NCBI RefSeq assembly: GCF_000328665.1
Contig: NC_019977.1
Coordinates: forward strand, 558,001-622,000
Source: Methanomethylovorans hollandica DSM 15978
GTDB taxonomy: Archaea > Halobacteriota > Methanosarcinia > Methanosarcinales > Methanosarcinaceae
Direction: 5' to 3'
DNA: 64,000 bases
Made by a program: the position numbers and the translations under genes. The first letter of the stretch is position 1, and each line of letters opens with the position of its first letter. Shown in pieces: positions 39,789 to 50,983 of this stretch. The notes below the pieces were generated by a model. It saw only the letters and a list, made by a program, of their open reading frames with translations, ran no database searches and was not told the origin of the DNA.

Positions 39789-41543
39789 TTAGTTTCCGTT
39801 CTCTGACCTGTAATTCATCCGTTCCACGATCGTTTTATCATATAGCTTAACGATATCACTGCGCGTGATTATCCCAAGTATTTTTCTGCTGTCTTCCCTT
39901 GATACAACAGGAAGCCTACCTATGTCTTTTGTGGCAAGGCGCTGCAGCACAGTGTTCAAAGATTCGTCGGGGTATGCAATGATCAAATTGGAAGTGGCGA
40001 TCTCACTGATGGTCTTGTCCAGTTCTCCCTGTTTTACCTTGTCCCTGATGTCCTTCAGGGTCACGATACCCCACAGCCTGCCTTCCTGGTCCATTACTGG
40101 AAATCCTGCATGACGGCTGGATTGCATCAGAGCTATGAGAGCTTCTACCTTTTTGTTCACTGAAATGGTCTGCACTTCTCTTTTCATAGCATCCACAACT
40201 TTCAATGATTCCATTATGTCCACTTCTTTTCCTTTTCGTATGATAAATCCGCGCCTGCGCAGTGATTCGGTAAAAATGGATTCCGGGTGGAGGGCACTTG
40301 AAACAAGATTGCTTAACACGCATGCAAGCATAATGGGAAGGACCATACCATAATTCCTCGTAAGTTCAAACAGCACAAGTATTGCAGTAAGCGGTGCCCG
40401 GCTAATGCCAGTGAAAACAGCTCCCATGCCAGCCAGTGCATAAGCTCCGGGCTCGGACGTGACTCCCGGAAAAAGACCGTTGACAATGAATCCGTAAGCT
40501 CCTCCAAGCATAGAGCCAATGAACAGGGCCGGTACAAAGGACCCTCCCGAGCCACCTGAACCCAGGCTAAGGGAAAATGCAATTATTTTCAGGACCAGCA
40601 GGACCAATAATAAATTGAATGTGATATCATTTTCCAATACCTGGCTTATGGTATCATATCCAACACCGAATATCTGTGGGTAGAAGTATCCTATCAATCC
40701 TACAAACAAGCCCCCGACAGCAGGTTTTGTTATGGGGTGTATGTTGAGCGTATTAAAAAAGTCCCTGCATTTATAAAGTGAACGCATGAGTACTACTGCC
40801 GTAAGTCCGGCAAATAATCCCAGAACAAGGTATAGGATGGCTTCATGTACAGGACTTATAAGTTCATAATATGAGATCTGTATAGGTCTTACCCCAAATA
40901 TAACATTGGAAACAAGAGTTGCAAAGACCGCAGATATTACAATGGGGACCAGCGTTGCAGCTTCAAGCTCACCCAGGATCACTTCTACTGAGAACACAAC
41001 CCCTGCAAGAGGCGCATTGAATGCTGCAGCAATACCCCCGGAGGCACCACATCCCAACAGTATTTTCAGGCGATTACCTCTCATTTTAAGCATCTGGGCG
41101 AAAGCAGAGCCAATACCTGCACCAGCCAATACCACGGGAGCTTCTTTTCCTGCAGAGGCTCCCGAGCCAAGGGATATCACAGAGGATAATACTTCCAGGA
41201 ACACGGTTCTTGATTGCATTTTTCCTCCGTACAGAGTAGCCGATTCTATTACATTATCTATGCTGTACCTTTGCTTTTTCATGAACCGGTGGGAAATTAT
41301 ACCCACCAGTAATCCTCCAATGGCAGGTATGAATATCACATAGTAATGCTGGGCATTGTATACAGGTTCGAAGAATAGCTCGGAGCTTAATTCAAGTGCA
41401 TGGTCGTACAGTACGATCACTATGCCTGTCAGTACTCCTACTGTAACAGCCAATGAATTAGAAAAAACAGATTCACTACTCAACCATTTAATTATACTCT
41501 GTTTTTGGTGCTGTAAAAGTATATTTAGATGCACAAGTGCCAT
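39789..41543 (-). CDS. CLC-family chloride/proton transporter with CBS pair
   Basis: GKEAP, GIAAAFNAPL, GGSFVP, C-terminal CBS domains. Confidence 0.92.
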   Translation of the reverse strand: MALVHLNILLQHQKQSIIKWLSSESVFSNSLAVTVGVLTGIVIVLYDHALELSSELFFEPVYNAQHYYVIFIPAIGGLLVGIISHRFMKKQRYSIDNVIESATLYGGKMQSRTVFLEVLSSVISLGSGASAGKEAPVVLAGAGIGSAFAQMLKMRGNRLKILLGCGASGGIAAAFNAPLAGVVFSVEVILGELEAATLVPIVISAVFATLVSNVIFGVRPIQISYYELISPVHEAILYLVLGLFAGLTAVVLMRSLYKCRDFFNTLNIHPITKPAVGGLFVGLIGYFYPQIFGVGYDTISQVLENDITFNLLLVLLVLKIIAFSLSLGSGGSGGSFVPALFIGSMLGGAYGFIVNGLFPGVTSEPGAYALAGMGAVFTGISRAPLTAILVLFELTRNYGMVLPIMLACVLSNLVSSALHPESIFTESLRRRGFIIRKGKEVDIMESLKVVDAMKREVQTISVNKKVEALIALMQSSRHAGFPVMDQEGRLWGIVTLKDIRDKVKQGELDKTISEIATSNLIIAYPDESLNTVLQRLATKDIGRLPVVSREDSRKILGIITRSDIVKLYDKTIVERMNYRSENGN

Positions 41544-41714
41544 CCATCTCTTTTTTACTTAAAGGTTCTATTAGTTTTGTCAACAGTATCAGACCCAATT
41601 CGACAAGAACTAGTTTATATAATTTTAATATTAAACATTTGTTTTCATTGTTTTCTCCCTTAACCTTATCTATTATTATCCCATATAAAATAATATACAT
41701 GGTCAGGAGAAGAT

Positions 41715-43805
41715 ATGCTCGATAAATTGTTCGATCCGGATGTTGTTGCAGTTATAGGGGCATCCCGCACAGAAGGTAAGGTAGGCCATGCTGTACTAAA
41801 GAACCTCTTGCAGGGAGCTGGTCATCAGGTCATTCCTATCAATCCGAAAGTTAATGAGATATTAGGGTTGAAGTGTTATGCCGATGTTCTTGATGTACCG
41901 GAAAAGATCGACCTTGCAGTTATAGTGGTCCCCGCAGCTGCAGTTCCTTCTACAATGGAGAAATGTGGACAGGCAGGTATAAGTTATGTTGTTGTGATAT
42001 CTGCAGGCTTTAAGGAGGCCAGTCTGGAAGGTGCAAGGCTGGAGAGAGAGATCACAGCCATTGCTGGAAAATATGGCATGAGGATGGTCGGCCCGAATTG
42101 TCTGGGAATAATCGATACCTCTTCCTCTCTCAATGCGTCGTTTGCTGCGTCTATGGCATTTCCGGGGAATATAGCTATGATGTCCCAGTCGGGAGCCATC
42201 TGCACCGTGACCCTGGACTGGGCTGACAGAATAGGGGTGGGATTCTCCAAGTTCATAAGCCTCGGGAACAAAGCTGACCTTGCAGAGAATGATTTTCTCG
42301 AGCTGTTCATGAAGGATGATTCCACAGCTGTGATAGCTGCGTATCTGGAAGGTGTGAAGGATGGTCCGCGTTTCATGGATGTTGCAAGGAATGTGACCCG
42401 GGAAAAACCTGTAATAATAGTAAAATCGGGTCGTACGGCTGTGGGTTCCAGGGCTGTGTCCTCGCATACAGGTACACTTGCGGGTTCGGATGCCGCATAC
42501 ACAGCGGCCTTCAGACAGAGTGGTGTGATAAGGGCTGATTCTCTGGAAGAGATGCTGGACTACAGCAGGGCTTTTTCCACGTATCCTTTGCCAAGGGGAA
42601 AAAAAGTTGCAATACTCACTAATGCAGGAGGACTTGGTATACTTACTGCTGATGCCTGTCATAGCATTGGGCTTTCAATAACCTCTTTTGAGGAAGAGAC
42701 CATTACTAAGTTAAAGCAGAAACTTCCTGAAGCGGCTGGTTTATACAATCCAGTGGATGTGCTGGGGGATGCTAGTCCACAGTTGTATGAACACGCTTTA
42801 GAAGTTCTTTTGGCCGATCCTAATGTGGACGGTATAATCGTACTTGTTTCCCCTCAGGCTATGACCGATGTCCCTGCTATAGCCCAGTCTCTGATCAAAA
42901 TGGTCAAGACTTCGGACAAGCCCATTCTGTGCAATCTCGCAGGTGGAATGCGCATTGCTGCAGGCGAGGAAATTCTGAACCAGCATGGCATACCGAATTA
43001 TCCTTCTTCCGAAAGGGCAGTTGCCAGCCTGAAGGCCCTATGTGATTACAGCTCCATAAAGGTAAAGGAACACACTACTCCGGTTACTATGCCAGTTAAC
43101 AGGGAAGCTGCCCAAAAGATAATAGATGATGCTATTGCCAACGGAAGGCGGACTCTGGGTCTTGAATCCTTGGGGCTGCTTACGGCCTACGGGATACCGG
43201 TGGTACAGTCAAGGATGGCTGGTAACTTGCCGGAAGCCATTGCAGCATGTGAAGAAATAGGTTATCCTGTAGTTATGAAGATCATCTCTCCTGACATCTC
43301 TCATAAGACTGATGTAGGTGGTATCAAGCTTAACCTGGTGGATGCAAAGGATGTGGAGCATGCCTATCTGACCATGATGTCGGATGTTAAACATTACATG
43401 CCCAATGCTCAGATAACAGGTGTGCAGGTGCAGCAGATGGTCACAGGTGGTAAAGAGGTGATCATAGGCATGGACCGTGACCCTCAGTTTGGTCCGCTTC
43501 TTATGTTCGGGTTGGGAGGTGTTTATGTGGAATTCCTCAAGGATGTATCTTTTGCTGTAGCCCCTGTTAACGATAAGGAAGCTCAGCACATGATAGCTTC
43601 TATCAAGACATATCCATTGATAGCTGGTGTAAGGGGTGAGAAACCTTCGGATATCAAAGCTATAGTCGATACTTTGCTCAAGGTGTCACAACTTGTGATG
43701 GACTTCCCCAGCCTGGCGGAATTCGAGATGAATCCTCTTATGGTCATGCCTGAAGGCAAAGGCTGTCTTGCCATGGATGTCAGGATGACTTTAAGGAACG
43801 AATAA
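41715..43805 (+). CDS. acetate/acyl-CoA ligase (ADP-forming), fused alpha/beta
   Basis: AVIGAS, GPNCLG, SQSG, SHTG, TNAGG, NPVD, HKTDVGG, D.QFGP. Confidence 0.9.
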   Translation: MLDKLFDPDVVAVIGASRTEGKVGHAVLKNLLQGAGHQVIPINPKVNEILGLKCYADVLDVPEKIDLAVIVVPAAAVPSTMEKCGQAGISYVVVISAGFKEASLEGARLEREITAIAGKYGMRMVGPNCLGIIDTSSSLNASFAASMAFPGNIAMMSQSGAICTVTLDWADRIGVGFSKFISLGNKADLAENDFLELFMKDDSTAVIAAYLEGVKDGPRFMDVARNVTREKPVIIVKSGRTAVGSRAVSSHTGTLAGSDAAYTAAFRQSGVIRADSLEEMLDYSRAFSTYPLPRGKKVAILTNAGGLGILTADACHSIGLSITSFEEETITKLKQKLPEAAGLYNPVDVLGDASPQLYEHALEVLLADPNVDGIIVLVSPQAMTDVPAIAQSLIKMVKTSDKPILCNLAGGMRIAAGEEILNQHGIPNYPSSERAVASLKALCDYSSIKVKEHTTPVTMPVNREAAQKIIDDAIANGRRTLGLESLGLLTAYGIPVVQSRMAGNLPEAIAACEEIGYPVVMKIISPDISHKTDVGGIKLNLVDAKDVEHAYLTMMSDVKHYMPNAQITGVQVQQMVTGGKEVIIGMDRDPQFGPLLMFGLGGVYVEFLKDVSFAVAPVNDKEAQHMIASIKTYPLIAGVRGEKPSDIKAIVDTLLKVSQLVMDFPSLAEFEMNPLMVMPEGKGCLAMDVRMTLRNE

Positions 43806-43877
43806 GAATATGATATTAGATGATCTTTATAAAAAGTAATCAAATAGTTGCTGTTAAAGTGTATTAGGAGGGAGATC

Positions 43878-44951
43878 ATGGCTTCAATGCTGGTAAGTTC
43901 ATCGGAACAGTACTCAGGGAAAAGTTCTCTGTGCCTGGGTCTTGGAGTAATCCTTAAAGAGAGGGGTTTCAAAGTAGGATATATGAAGCCCATTGGCAAT
44001 TTGCTAATAGATGTCAATGGATCACTTGCAGATGAGGATGCTCAGAGCATAAGGAAATTACTGGGATTACAGGACGAAATGAGTTCTATTACTCCCATTT
44101 TGCTTACGGAGAACCTCACTGATGATGCTCTAATGGGGGTGGAGAAAGGGCTCGATTCAAAATTGAGGGCAGCTTATGAAAAAATTTCAAGTGGTAAGGA
44201 TATTGTGCTACTGGAAGGGACAGGTGGCATCGGTGGTGGGGCCATGTACAATCTCTCTGACCCGGAGGTAGCTACTAAGCTTGATACCAAAATATTGCTC
44301 ATAACACGATATGATTCTGCTCAGGCCGTTGACCGGATCCTGTGTGACCTGCGTATAATCCAGAACACAGAGATCCTTGCAGGTATAATACTCAATGAGG
44401 TCTCACTGGATAAAATGGAACAAGTTTACCATCTGGTAGTACCTTTCCTTGAGAAGAAAGGTATCAAGGTATTCGGTGTCATTCCGGAAGACCATATGCT
44501 GTGCTCCGTGTCGGTAGCTGAAATAGTTGAATATCTTAATGCAGAGGTGCTTGTTGGTGCAAACCACATGGAAGACCTGGTCGAGAACTATCTGGTAGGT
44601 GCCATGGAAGTTGGTTCAGCTATCAAATACTTCAGACGTATGCCAAACGCAGCTGTGATCACGGGTGGTGATCGTTCGGATATACAGATGGCTGCTATTG
44701 AGGCAAAAGTGAAATGTCTGATACTTACAGGCAATCTGCGTCCAAGTGGGGCAGTGCTGGGAAGTGCAGAAGAGGCTAACATTCCTGTGATACTTGTAAG
44801 AGGTGATACCATGACCACCATTGAGAAGATGGAGCACCTCATTGGTCATGCACGTATAAAACAGGAAGTGAAAATAAAAAGGATAGTAAAGCTCATTGAA
44901 GAGCATGTTGATGTTGATGGGTTGATAGATGAAATGGGACTTGCAAAATAA
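43878..44951 (+). CDS. phosphotransacetylase-family protein (BioD-like P-loop plus DRTGG domain)
   Basis: SGKS, YMKP, LLEG, ITGGDRSDI. Confidence 0.88.
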   Translation: MASMLVSSSEQYSGKSSLCLGLGVILKERGFKVGYMKPIGNLLIDVNGSLADEDAQSIRKLLGLQDEMSSITPILLTENLTDDALMGVEKGLDSKLRAAYEKISSGKDIVLLEGTGGIGGGAMYNLSDPEVATKLDTKILLITRYDSAQAVDRILCDLRIIQNTEILAGIILNEVSLDKMEQVYHLVVPFLEKKGIKVFGVIPEDHMLCSVSVAEIVEYLNAEVLVGANHMEDLVENYLVGAMEVGSAIKYFRRMPNAAVITGGDRSDIQMAAIEAKVKCLILTGNLRPSGAVLGSAEEANIPVILVRGDTMTTIEKMEHLIGHARIKQEVKIKRIVKLIEEHVDVDGLIDEMGLAK

Positions 44952-45043
44952 GTCCTTCTCCTTGTTCATCCTATACTCTTTTCCCGATGAACAGTTGGAC
45001 CTACATTAAGAAAACAAAGGAAAAGAAGTAAGCATGAAAGGTC

Positions 45044-45613
45044 TTACTTCATCTTTTCCAGCACATCGCACACTTTGTTGATTGTGTCGACGACTGTCTG
45101 CATACCCTCTACATCATCAAGGGCTGGTTTTTGAAGAATACCTCCAAAGTGACCTCCATCGCCCACGACTATCATTCCATGTATATGCATCCAGTCATGG
45201 ATGGTCTGGATGGTCTTTTCCTGCCCGCCGTTGCGTGATCCTCCCACTGCTAAAGCTGCACCCACTTTGTTCTTTAGCTGGAAGTCCTGTCTCCTGCTTA
45301 GTACGCTGCGGTCGAACAGAGCTTTCACCTGAGCGGTCACTGTGCCGAAATATACCGGGGAGGATACAACAATAGCATCCGCATCCTTCAGTTTTCTGTA
45401 CACCTGCTGCATATCATCATCAATGGGGCAGATTTCCTCGTACCTGCACATTCCACAGGCAGTGCATGGTGCGATCTTTGATGATGACATAAGCACACTA
45501 TCAACTTCAAAGTCTCGGTTTTTTGCGATTCCAAGGACCTTCTCTATCAGCTTGTCGTTGCTGCCACCTTTATTGGGGCTTGCGGAAATGCCTAATATCT
45601 TCATATTTATCAT
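45044..45613 (-). CDS. iron-sulfur flavoprotein (flavodoxin family)
   Basis: CTACGMC.....C...DDM, SPVYFG, RNGGQE. Confidence 0.9.
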   Translation of the reverse strand: MINMKILGISASPNKGGSNDKLIEKVLGIAKNRDFEVDSVLMSSSKIAPCTACGMCRYEEICPIDDDMQQVYRKLKDADAIVVSSPVYFGTVTAQVKALFDRSVLSRRQDFQLKNKVGAALAVGGSRNGGQEKTIQTIHDWMHIHGMIVVGDGGHFGGILQKPALDDVEGMQTVVDTINKVCDVLEKMK

Positions 45614-45823
45614 GCATGTGAAACACTACTGTATTTATTATCTTTTGCTTTTAGTACCAATTGTCATAGCATTACAAAGGAACATTAAATATAAGAAGAA
45701 ATTCAATAAACATCCTACTCCGATGTTTCGTGTATATATGTCTACACGTGCCCATCATATACTCATATATAATATTTACATCTAAATACTCTAATTTATA
45801 TAACTGATCGCGGTGATAGAATT

Positions 45824-47056
45824 TTGTCAGCTAAGGATATCCTCACTATAGATGACTTCGATTTGAAAGGCAAAACAGTGCTGGTAAGAGTGGACATAAA
45901 CACTCCCATGGACCCGGAAGGCAATATTTTGGATGATATGCGCATTAAAAGCCATATGCCTACGCTGGTTGACCTGCATGAGGCCAAGGTAGTGCTGCTG
46001 GCTCACCAGAGCAGGCCTGGCAAAAAAGATTTCACTACTATGAAGGCGCATGCTGCCCGGATGTCTCAGTATCTGGGCCGTGAGGTAAAATATGTGGACG
46101 ATATTTTCGGGACATGTGCGCAGAACAGCATCTCTGCCATGAACAATGGTGATGTCATCCTTTTGGAAAATGTCCGGTTCTACTCGGAAGAATCTCTGGA
46201 AAGGAGTGCAGCAGAACATGCACAATCTCATCTAGTAAAAAAACTTTTTCCATATATTGATATTTTTCTAAATGATGCTTTTGCTGTATCCCACAGAGCT
46301 CATCTTTCCATTTTAGGATTCACTGAAATTCTTCCGACGGGTGCAGGAAGGGTCATGGAAAAAGAGATTCTTTCTCTGGACAGGGGCATAAAGGGCGGGG
46401 CACGTCCGTGTGTCTTTGTGCTGGGCGGTGCGAAGGTGGATGATTCTCTGAAAGTTGCAGAGAATGTGCTCACCAGTGGAGGTGCCGATAAGGTCCTTTT
46501 TACCGGTGTGGTTGCAAATATAATGCTTGCAGCTTCGGGTATTGATATTGGTAAAACTAACATGGATTTCATAGAATCCCAGGGGTATACTGAACAGATA
46601 GAAAAGGCAAGGAACGTGCTTGAAAAATTCAGCGGGAAGGTTTCCCTGCCGGTAGATGTAGCTCTGAGCGATAACGGCAAACGCGTAGAGGTACAGGTCG
46701 AAGAGCTTCCCAATGGAAACTTGCCTATTTATGATATTGGGCTTGAGACGATAGTAGCTTTCTCCAAAGAGCTCAAAAATGCAAAAACCGTGGTTCTCAA
46801 CGGTCCTGCCGGGCTCTCCGAAATGGCTGATTTTTCCCTGGGAACGCATGAGATCATAAAAGCTGCTATCAATTCTGAATATTCTATAGCTGGCGGCGGC
46901 CATATCTCAGCTGAGATCCGCAACCTGGGTTTTGAGGATAATTTCTCGCATTTGAGCACAGGCGGAGGGGCATGCATAGATTATCTTGCAGGCGATATGC
47001 TGCCTGGAGTCGTGGCTCTTAAAGAAGCTGCTATCAAACGTAAACTTACAAAATGA
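45824..47056 (+). CDS. pgk: phosphoglycerate kinase
   Basis: RVDINTP, AHQSRPG, LLENVRF, NDAF..SHR, LGGAKV, STGGGA. Confidence 0.97.
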   Translation: MSAKDILTIDDFDLKGKTVLVRVDINTPMDPEGNILDDMRIKSHMPTLVDLHEAKVVLLAHQSRPGKKDFTTMKAHAARMSQYLGREVKYVDDIFGTCAQNSISAMNNGDVILLENVRFYSEESLERSAAEHAQSHLVKKLFPYIDIFLNDAFAVSHRAHLSILGFTEILPTGAGRVMEKEILSLDRGIKGGARPCVFVLGGAKVDDSLKVAENVLTSGGADKVLFTGVVANIMLAASGIDIGKTNMDFIESQGYTEQIEKARNVLEKFSGKVSLPVDVALSDNGKRVEVQVEELPNGNLPIYDIGLETIVAFSKELKNAKTVVLNGPAGLSEMADFSLGTHEIIKAAINSEYSIAGGGHISAEIRNLGFEDNFSHLSTGGGACIDYLAGDMLPGVVALKEAAIKRKLTK

Positions 47057-47073
47057 GTATCTATAGGTTCTAA

Positions 47074-47694
47074 ATGGAGTGGGAAGTCATGTTAACTGTA
47101 ACCGAGGGGAAAATGGCTGTGCAACTTGCACGAAATACCATCAAGACGTATTTTCTTACAGGAAAGATGATGGATGGCTCTGAAGCAGAGCTCCCTCCTA
47201 TCTTTAATGAAAAAAGAGGCGTCTTCATTACTCTTACGGAGAATGGCATGCTCAGAGGGTGCATTGGCCACCCATATCCCGAATCCACGCTCAAGTATGC
47301 TATCACGGATTCAGCTATCTCTGCGGCTTTCCGGGACCCTCGTTTTCCACCGCTGCATATTGATGAGCTTGATAAGGTGGAGGTAGAGGTGACCGTTCTT
47401 ACTCCTCCCGAGAGAATTAAGGTTGCACCTGGGGACATTCCTTCTAGGATCGAAATAGGGAGGCATGGGCTTATTGTGAAGAAAGGTTATCGTCAAGGAC
47501 TTCTTTTGCCTCAGGTGGCTCCTGAAAATGATATGGATGAGATCGATTTTCTCAGTCATACCTGTCTGAAGGCAGGACTGGAACCTGATGCCTGGCTCAC
47601 AGGAGCTGATGTTTATTCTTTTGAGGGTCAGATATTCTCAGAAACAGAGCCCAACGGCGAAGTGATGGAGAAGCATTTTGAAAAGAATGAATAA
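47074..47694 (+). CDS. AMMECR1 domain protein (AmmeMemoRadiSam A-like)
   Basis: GVFITL, LRGCIG, DPRFPP, GLLLPQV, CLKAGL; the start may be 47089. Confidence 0.92.
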   Translation: MEWEVMLTVTEGKMAVQLARNTIKTYFLTGKMMDGSEAELPPIFNEKRGVFITLTENGMLRGCIGHPYPESTLKYAITDSAISAAFRDPRFPPLHIDELDKVEVEVTVLTPPERIKVAPGDIPSRIEIGRHGLIVKKGYRQGLLLPQVAPENDMDEIDFLSHTCLKAGLEPDAWLTGADVYSFEGQIFSETEPNGEVMEKHFEKNE

Positions 47695-47751
47695 TCTGCT
47701 GCAATATCCGGAAAGAGGGATCTGAAAAACTATGGCCAGGAATGCTTCTGT

Positions 47752-48180
47752 TCATACATATTTATCTAATAAGGAAAGTAAACTCTGTAAGTCTTTTTCG
47801 AGTTCATCCAGAGATACTTCTATCATAAGGTTTACATTACCTTCAGGTCCTAAAGTTCTTAGGTCTGTCCTAAGACCAATAAGTTTTTTCCCTTTTGCGT
47901 AAGCATAACCTATCTCCCAGGCTGTGCCGGAATCCACATCACTGCCACCATCCAGCACTGCCACTACGATGTCACAATCATCGATGCCTTTAAGATCCTT
48001 GTCGAAAATATTCTTTTGTTTTAGTTCCAGTCGTTTTTCGGTATCATCCGAACCATCCTCTTGTGGCAGAAATACAGAAAAACCATATTCTACAAGCTTG
48101 TCGCGGAGGTATACATTAAAATCTCTTTCAGCATGAGAAAAAAGAGGACCTGCAAGATAAATGTTCTTTTGTACTTTCAT
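47752..48180 (-). CDS. nucleoside 2-deoxyribosyltransferase family protein
   Basis: IYLAGPLFS, FLPQE, DSGTAWEIGYAYA, NLM. Confidence 0.9.
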   Translation of the reverse strand: MKVQKNIYLAGPLFSHAERDFNVYLRDKLVEYGFSVFLPQEDGSDDTEKRLELKQKNIFDKDLKGIDDCDIVVAVLDGGSDVDSGTAWEIGYAYAKGKKLIGLRTDLRTLGPEGNVNLMIEVSLDELEKDLQSLLSLLDKYV

Positions 48181-48316
48181 ATGATCATCCTTACCGGAGA
48201 GAAATCTATATTTTAAGTAGTCTTCATAGATAAACATAATCCGGCTGGTCAAATAGGGTTTTTACAGCAGAGTTGTTTAGAACCGCAGTTGCTGATAAAG
48301 AAAAAACGGCTCTATA

Positions 48317-48376
48317 TGAGACCATCTAATTAACTCCAAATAATCCATATTCTAATTAGACAACATTTTGTCAAAA
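48317..48376. repeat. 60-bp direct repeat, copy A (internally palindromic)
   Basis: TGAGACCATCTAATTAACTCC...TCTAATTAGACAACATTTTGTCAAAA; 54/60 identical to 50984-51043. Confidence 0.9.
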
Positions 48377-48721
48377 AACCACCCCAACGGATGCAGTGGT
48401 GCTGTCTCATTCGGACACGTGCTGTTTTCAGTACAATTTCTAAATGAAGATACCACTGCCATCATGGGGAGGATTATGTCAAGCAATCAAGCTTGATTTT
48501 CTTTTCTTGGGTCTGGCTGTTCTGCAACTGTATAACTATTTACATTATAATCCGAAATTTATAAGTATATCAAAAGATATATTTAGCATGTCATCTCGTA
48601 ACTTCCCTATTGGCTCATTGTGGAGTTCTCTCCAGGGGTGACAGATAGAAAAAGAGAAAACATAAAGGGGCGAAAAATCGAAAAGAGAGCCGGGAAGAAA
48701 CCTCTTAAAGGGGGTTAAGAA

Positions 48722-49153
48722 ATGGGAAAATTCACTATTGGAACAATTGCACTTTTCGTCCTCCTTGCAATGGCGTTAAGTGTAACAGCAGCGCCTCCCG
48801 AACACCAAGCGACCGGGGGTGGATGGTTCATCGTCCCCAATGAGGACGGTGAGGAACAAAAGACTACCGTGTCATTCACAGCACAAATTGATGCTGAAGG
48901 TAATGTCAAGGGACAAATGCAGGCTCAGATCATGTCTCCTTACGGAAAACTTACATTCCATGGTGATGTGATTGATCTGGAAGTCAATGACAATGTCGCG
49001 ATTATGATGGTTAGAATTACAAAAGTAAGCGACCCAGATATGCTACTGATAGGCACTCAATTCCCTGTGGAGGTTACTGATAACGGCGAAGGGAAGGATG
49101 CAATCGATATTTTTGCAGGACTCCCCTTTAATGGTAACATCCAGGTTAGCTAA
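48722..49153 (+). CDS. secreted hypothetical protein (beta-rich)
   Basis: Signal peptide MGKFTIGTIALFVLLAMALSVTA; ATGGGW, V.DNGEG motifs. Confidence 0.75.
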   Translation: MGKFTIGTIALFVLLAMALSVTAAPPEHQATGGGWFIVPNEDGEEQKTTVSFTAQIDAEGNVKGQMQAQIMSPYGKLTFHGDVIDLEVNDNVAIMMVRITKVSDPDMLLIGTQFPVEVTDNGEGKDAIDIFAGLPFNGNIQVS

Positions 49154-49510
49154 CTCAGTCCTGATAGCCTTATAGCCAGATAGCAATAAATCAGCATTTC
49201 CAAGAGAATTCCGAAAATCTGTGAGATTCGATATTTAGGAGCAAATGACTGGAAGCACACTCCTTTAAAATCACAAGTGTATCGAAATTCTCCCTGTTTT
49301 TTGTTGGCTCTTCGCTGTTTCGAGTGGATAACTTACGTTCATTAGATAGTGTCCTTATTTTATCAAAAAGTTGAACTATATTTTGACTTTATATAAAACT
49401 AGCATTTCTACAAAGCCCATTTTCCCATTCATAAAATTTTGCAAGTATTTTATCCTTTGTGGTAAATAAACGAAAGCTTAAAGAAATATCTATTTCCCAT
49501 CACTTTCGGT

Positions 49511-50923
49511 TCAAAGATAATCATCCAATGTCAGCAACAAAACATTCTCTTCTCTGGCAATCTCATGCATCCTTTTCGTGAAACCGGATCTGCTGACAAG
49601 GGCAAAATGCTCGTTTCTCTCCAAGAACCATTTTACATGAGCTGCTTTCTCCTTAAGGCTGAAGTAAACATCAGCATCTGTTTTCTGTTTCTGCCATTTG
49701 CATTCGCAGAAAAGAATGCTCTTTGAATCCTGGTCAAGAGCCACTATATCTATTTCATAGTCGTTTTTCCCTTTTGGCATATTAGGGATCTTACCCCACT
49801 GCCTGCCTATGGATTTGAACCTGAATGGAAGCTGATCCTGCAAATTGAGATACATGAGCATTTCTTTTCCCACCTGCTCAAAAGTCTCTCCCAGGTAACG
49901 GTCATAGCTCCTATCAAGGTATTCTATAACAGATGATGCATCACCTGCCTCTATGGAATCCCTGTGAACCAGTACATACCGGAACCAGAAGCGTAAGAAA
50001 GGATCATCTATTGAATAAATGGTCTTACGGGTAGACAACTTCTCTGCCACTGGATGTTCTTTCCTCACAAATCCAAGCTTCATGAGTGTATCAAGATAAT
50101 AAGAAAGGTCCTTAGTTTCCAAAAATGCTCCAGCGGCAATTTCTCCTGCCCTTGTTGCACCTTTGGAAATGGAATAGAGGATATTCATGTAGGTAGCAGG
50201 CTCTCGTAGTTCCTCACGAAGCAGGAAATCACCTTCAGCATAGAGCACAGCCTCTTTGGAGAATATTGAATGCTCCACATTCTCGTAAAAGCTTTTATCC
50301 AGATCAAAGAACCTGAGATAAAAAGGAATACCGCCAGTTGCTCCATATATCCTCATAAGCTCGTCTGCTTCAAAGCCCGGGAAAAAACCCTTCATATGTT
50401 GTATAAGCAGGGGCATGACTTGCATCTGTCCCGTTCTCCTACCATACAACGGACTGGAATGAGCAAGTGTTGTTTTTTCCATCATGGAAATTGAAGAACC
50501 ACAGAGTATCAGATGGAAAAGCCCACCTTTTAGAATTTCATCAACTATAAGCTGGAACACCGATGGTATAGATTCATCTACCTGTGCCAGATAAGAAAAC
50601 TCATCGATAACTATGATAAGCTTTTCATCGTTTTTCCATTGCTTTCGGATATATTCGAACATCTCATCAAATGTATCAACAGCAGGCTCAACATTATCGA
50701 ACAGACTTGAAGCTCTTTTCCTGAATCTGAGAGCATTGGACTGCGTACCCCTCATATCCGCCAGGAAATAGATATGTGGCTTGTCCTGTACGAAATGTTG
50801 AATCAGTTCTGTCTTTCCAACCCGCCGGCGACCATAGATCACCGTGAAAGAGAAAGTTCCTGAGCTATATTCCTTGTTCAAATATTCAAGCTCTTGATTT
50901 CTATTAATGAAATTACGGAACAT
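49511..50923 (-). CDS. archaeal AAA ATPase (ATPase_2) with wHTH and C-terminal DUF234/PD-(D/E)xK-like domain
   Basis: FINR..EL, GRRRVGKT, IVIDEF, LCGS, SPLYGRRT, GGIPFYL, DPFLRFWF, EIDIVA...FCECKW. Confidence 0.92.
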   Translation of the reverse strand: MFRNFINRNQELEYLNKEYSSGTFSFTVIYGRRRVGKTELIQHFVQDKPHIYFLADMRGTQSNALRFRKRASSLFDNVEPAVDTFDEMFEYIRKQWKNDEKLIIVIDEFSYLAQVDESIPSVFQLIVDEILKGGLFHLILCGSSISMMEKTTLAHSSPLYGRRTGQMQVMPLLIQHMKGFFPGFEADELMRIYGATGGIPFYLRFFDLDKSFYENVEHSIFSKEAVLYAEGDFLLREELREPATYMNILYSISKGATRAGEIAAGAFLETKDLSYYLDTLMKLGFVRKEHPVAEKLSTRKTIYSIDDPFLRFWFRYVLVHRDSIEAGDASSVIEYLDRSYDRYLGETFEQVGKEMLMYLNLQDQLPFRFKSIGRQWGKIPNMPKGKNDYEIDIVALDQDSKSILFCECKWQKQKTDADVYFSLKEKAAHVKWFLERNEHFALVSRSGFTKRMHEIAREENVLLLTLDDYL

Positions 50924-50983
50924 ATTAATTATGATTTAGTTTAGTATTATTTATAGGTTCTGGAAATTCAACGATTTAGTTTT

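Noticed and set aside
48444..48641. 65-aa ORF inside the repeat-bounded cassette
   Set aside because: No motif, no clear RBS, and it overlaps the probable promoter of the 48722 gene
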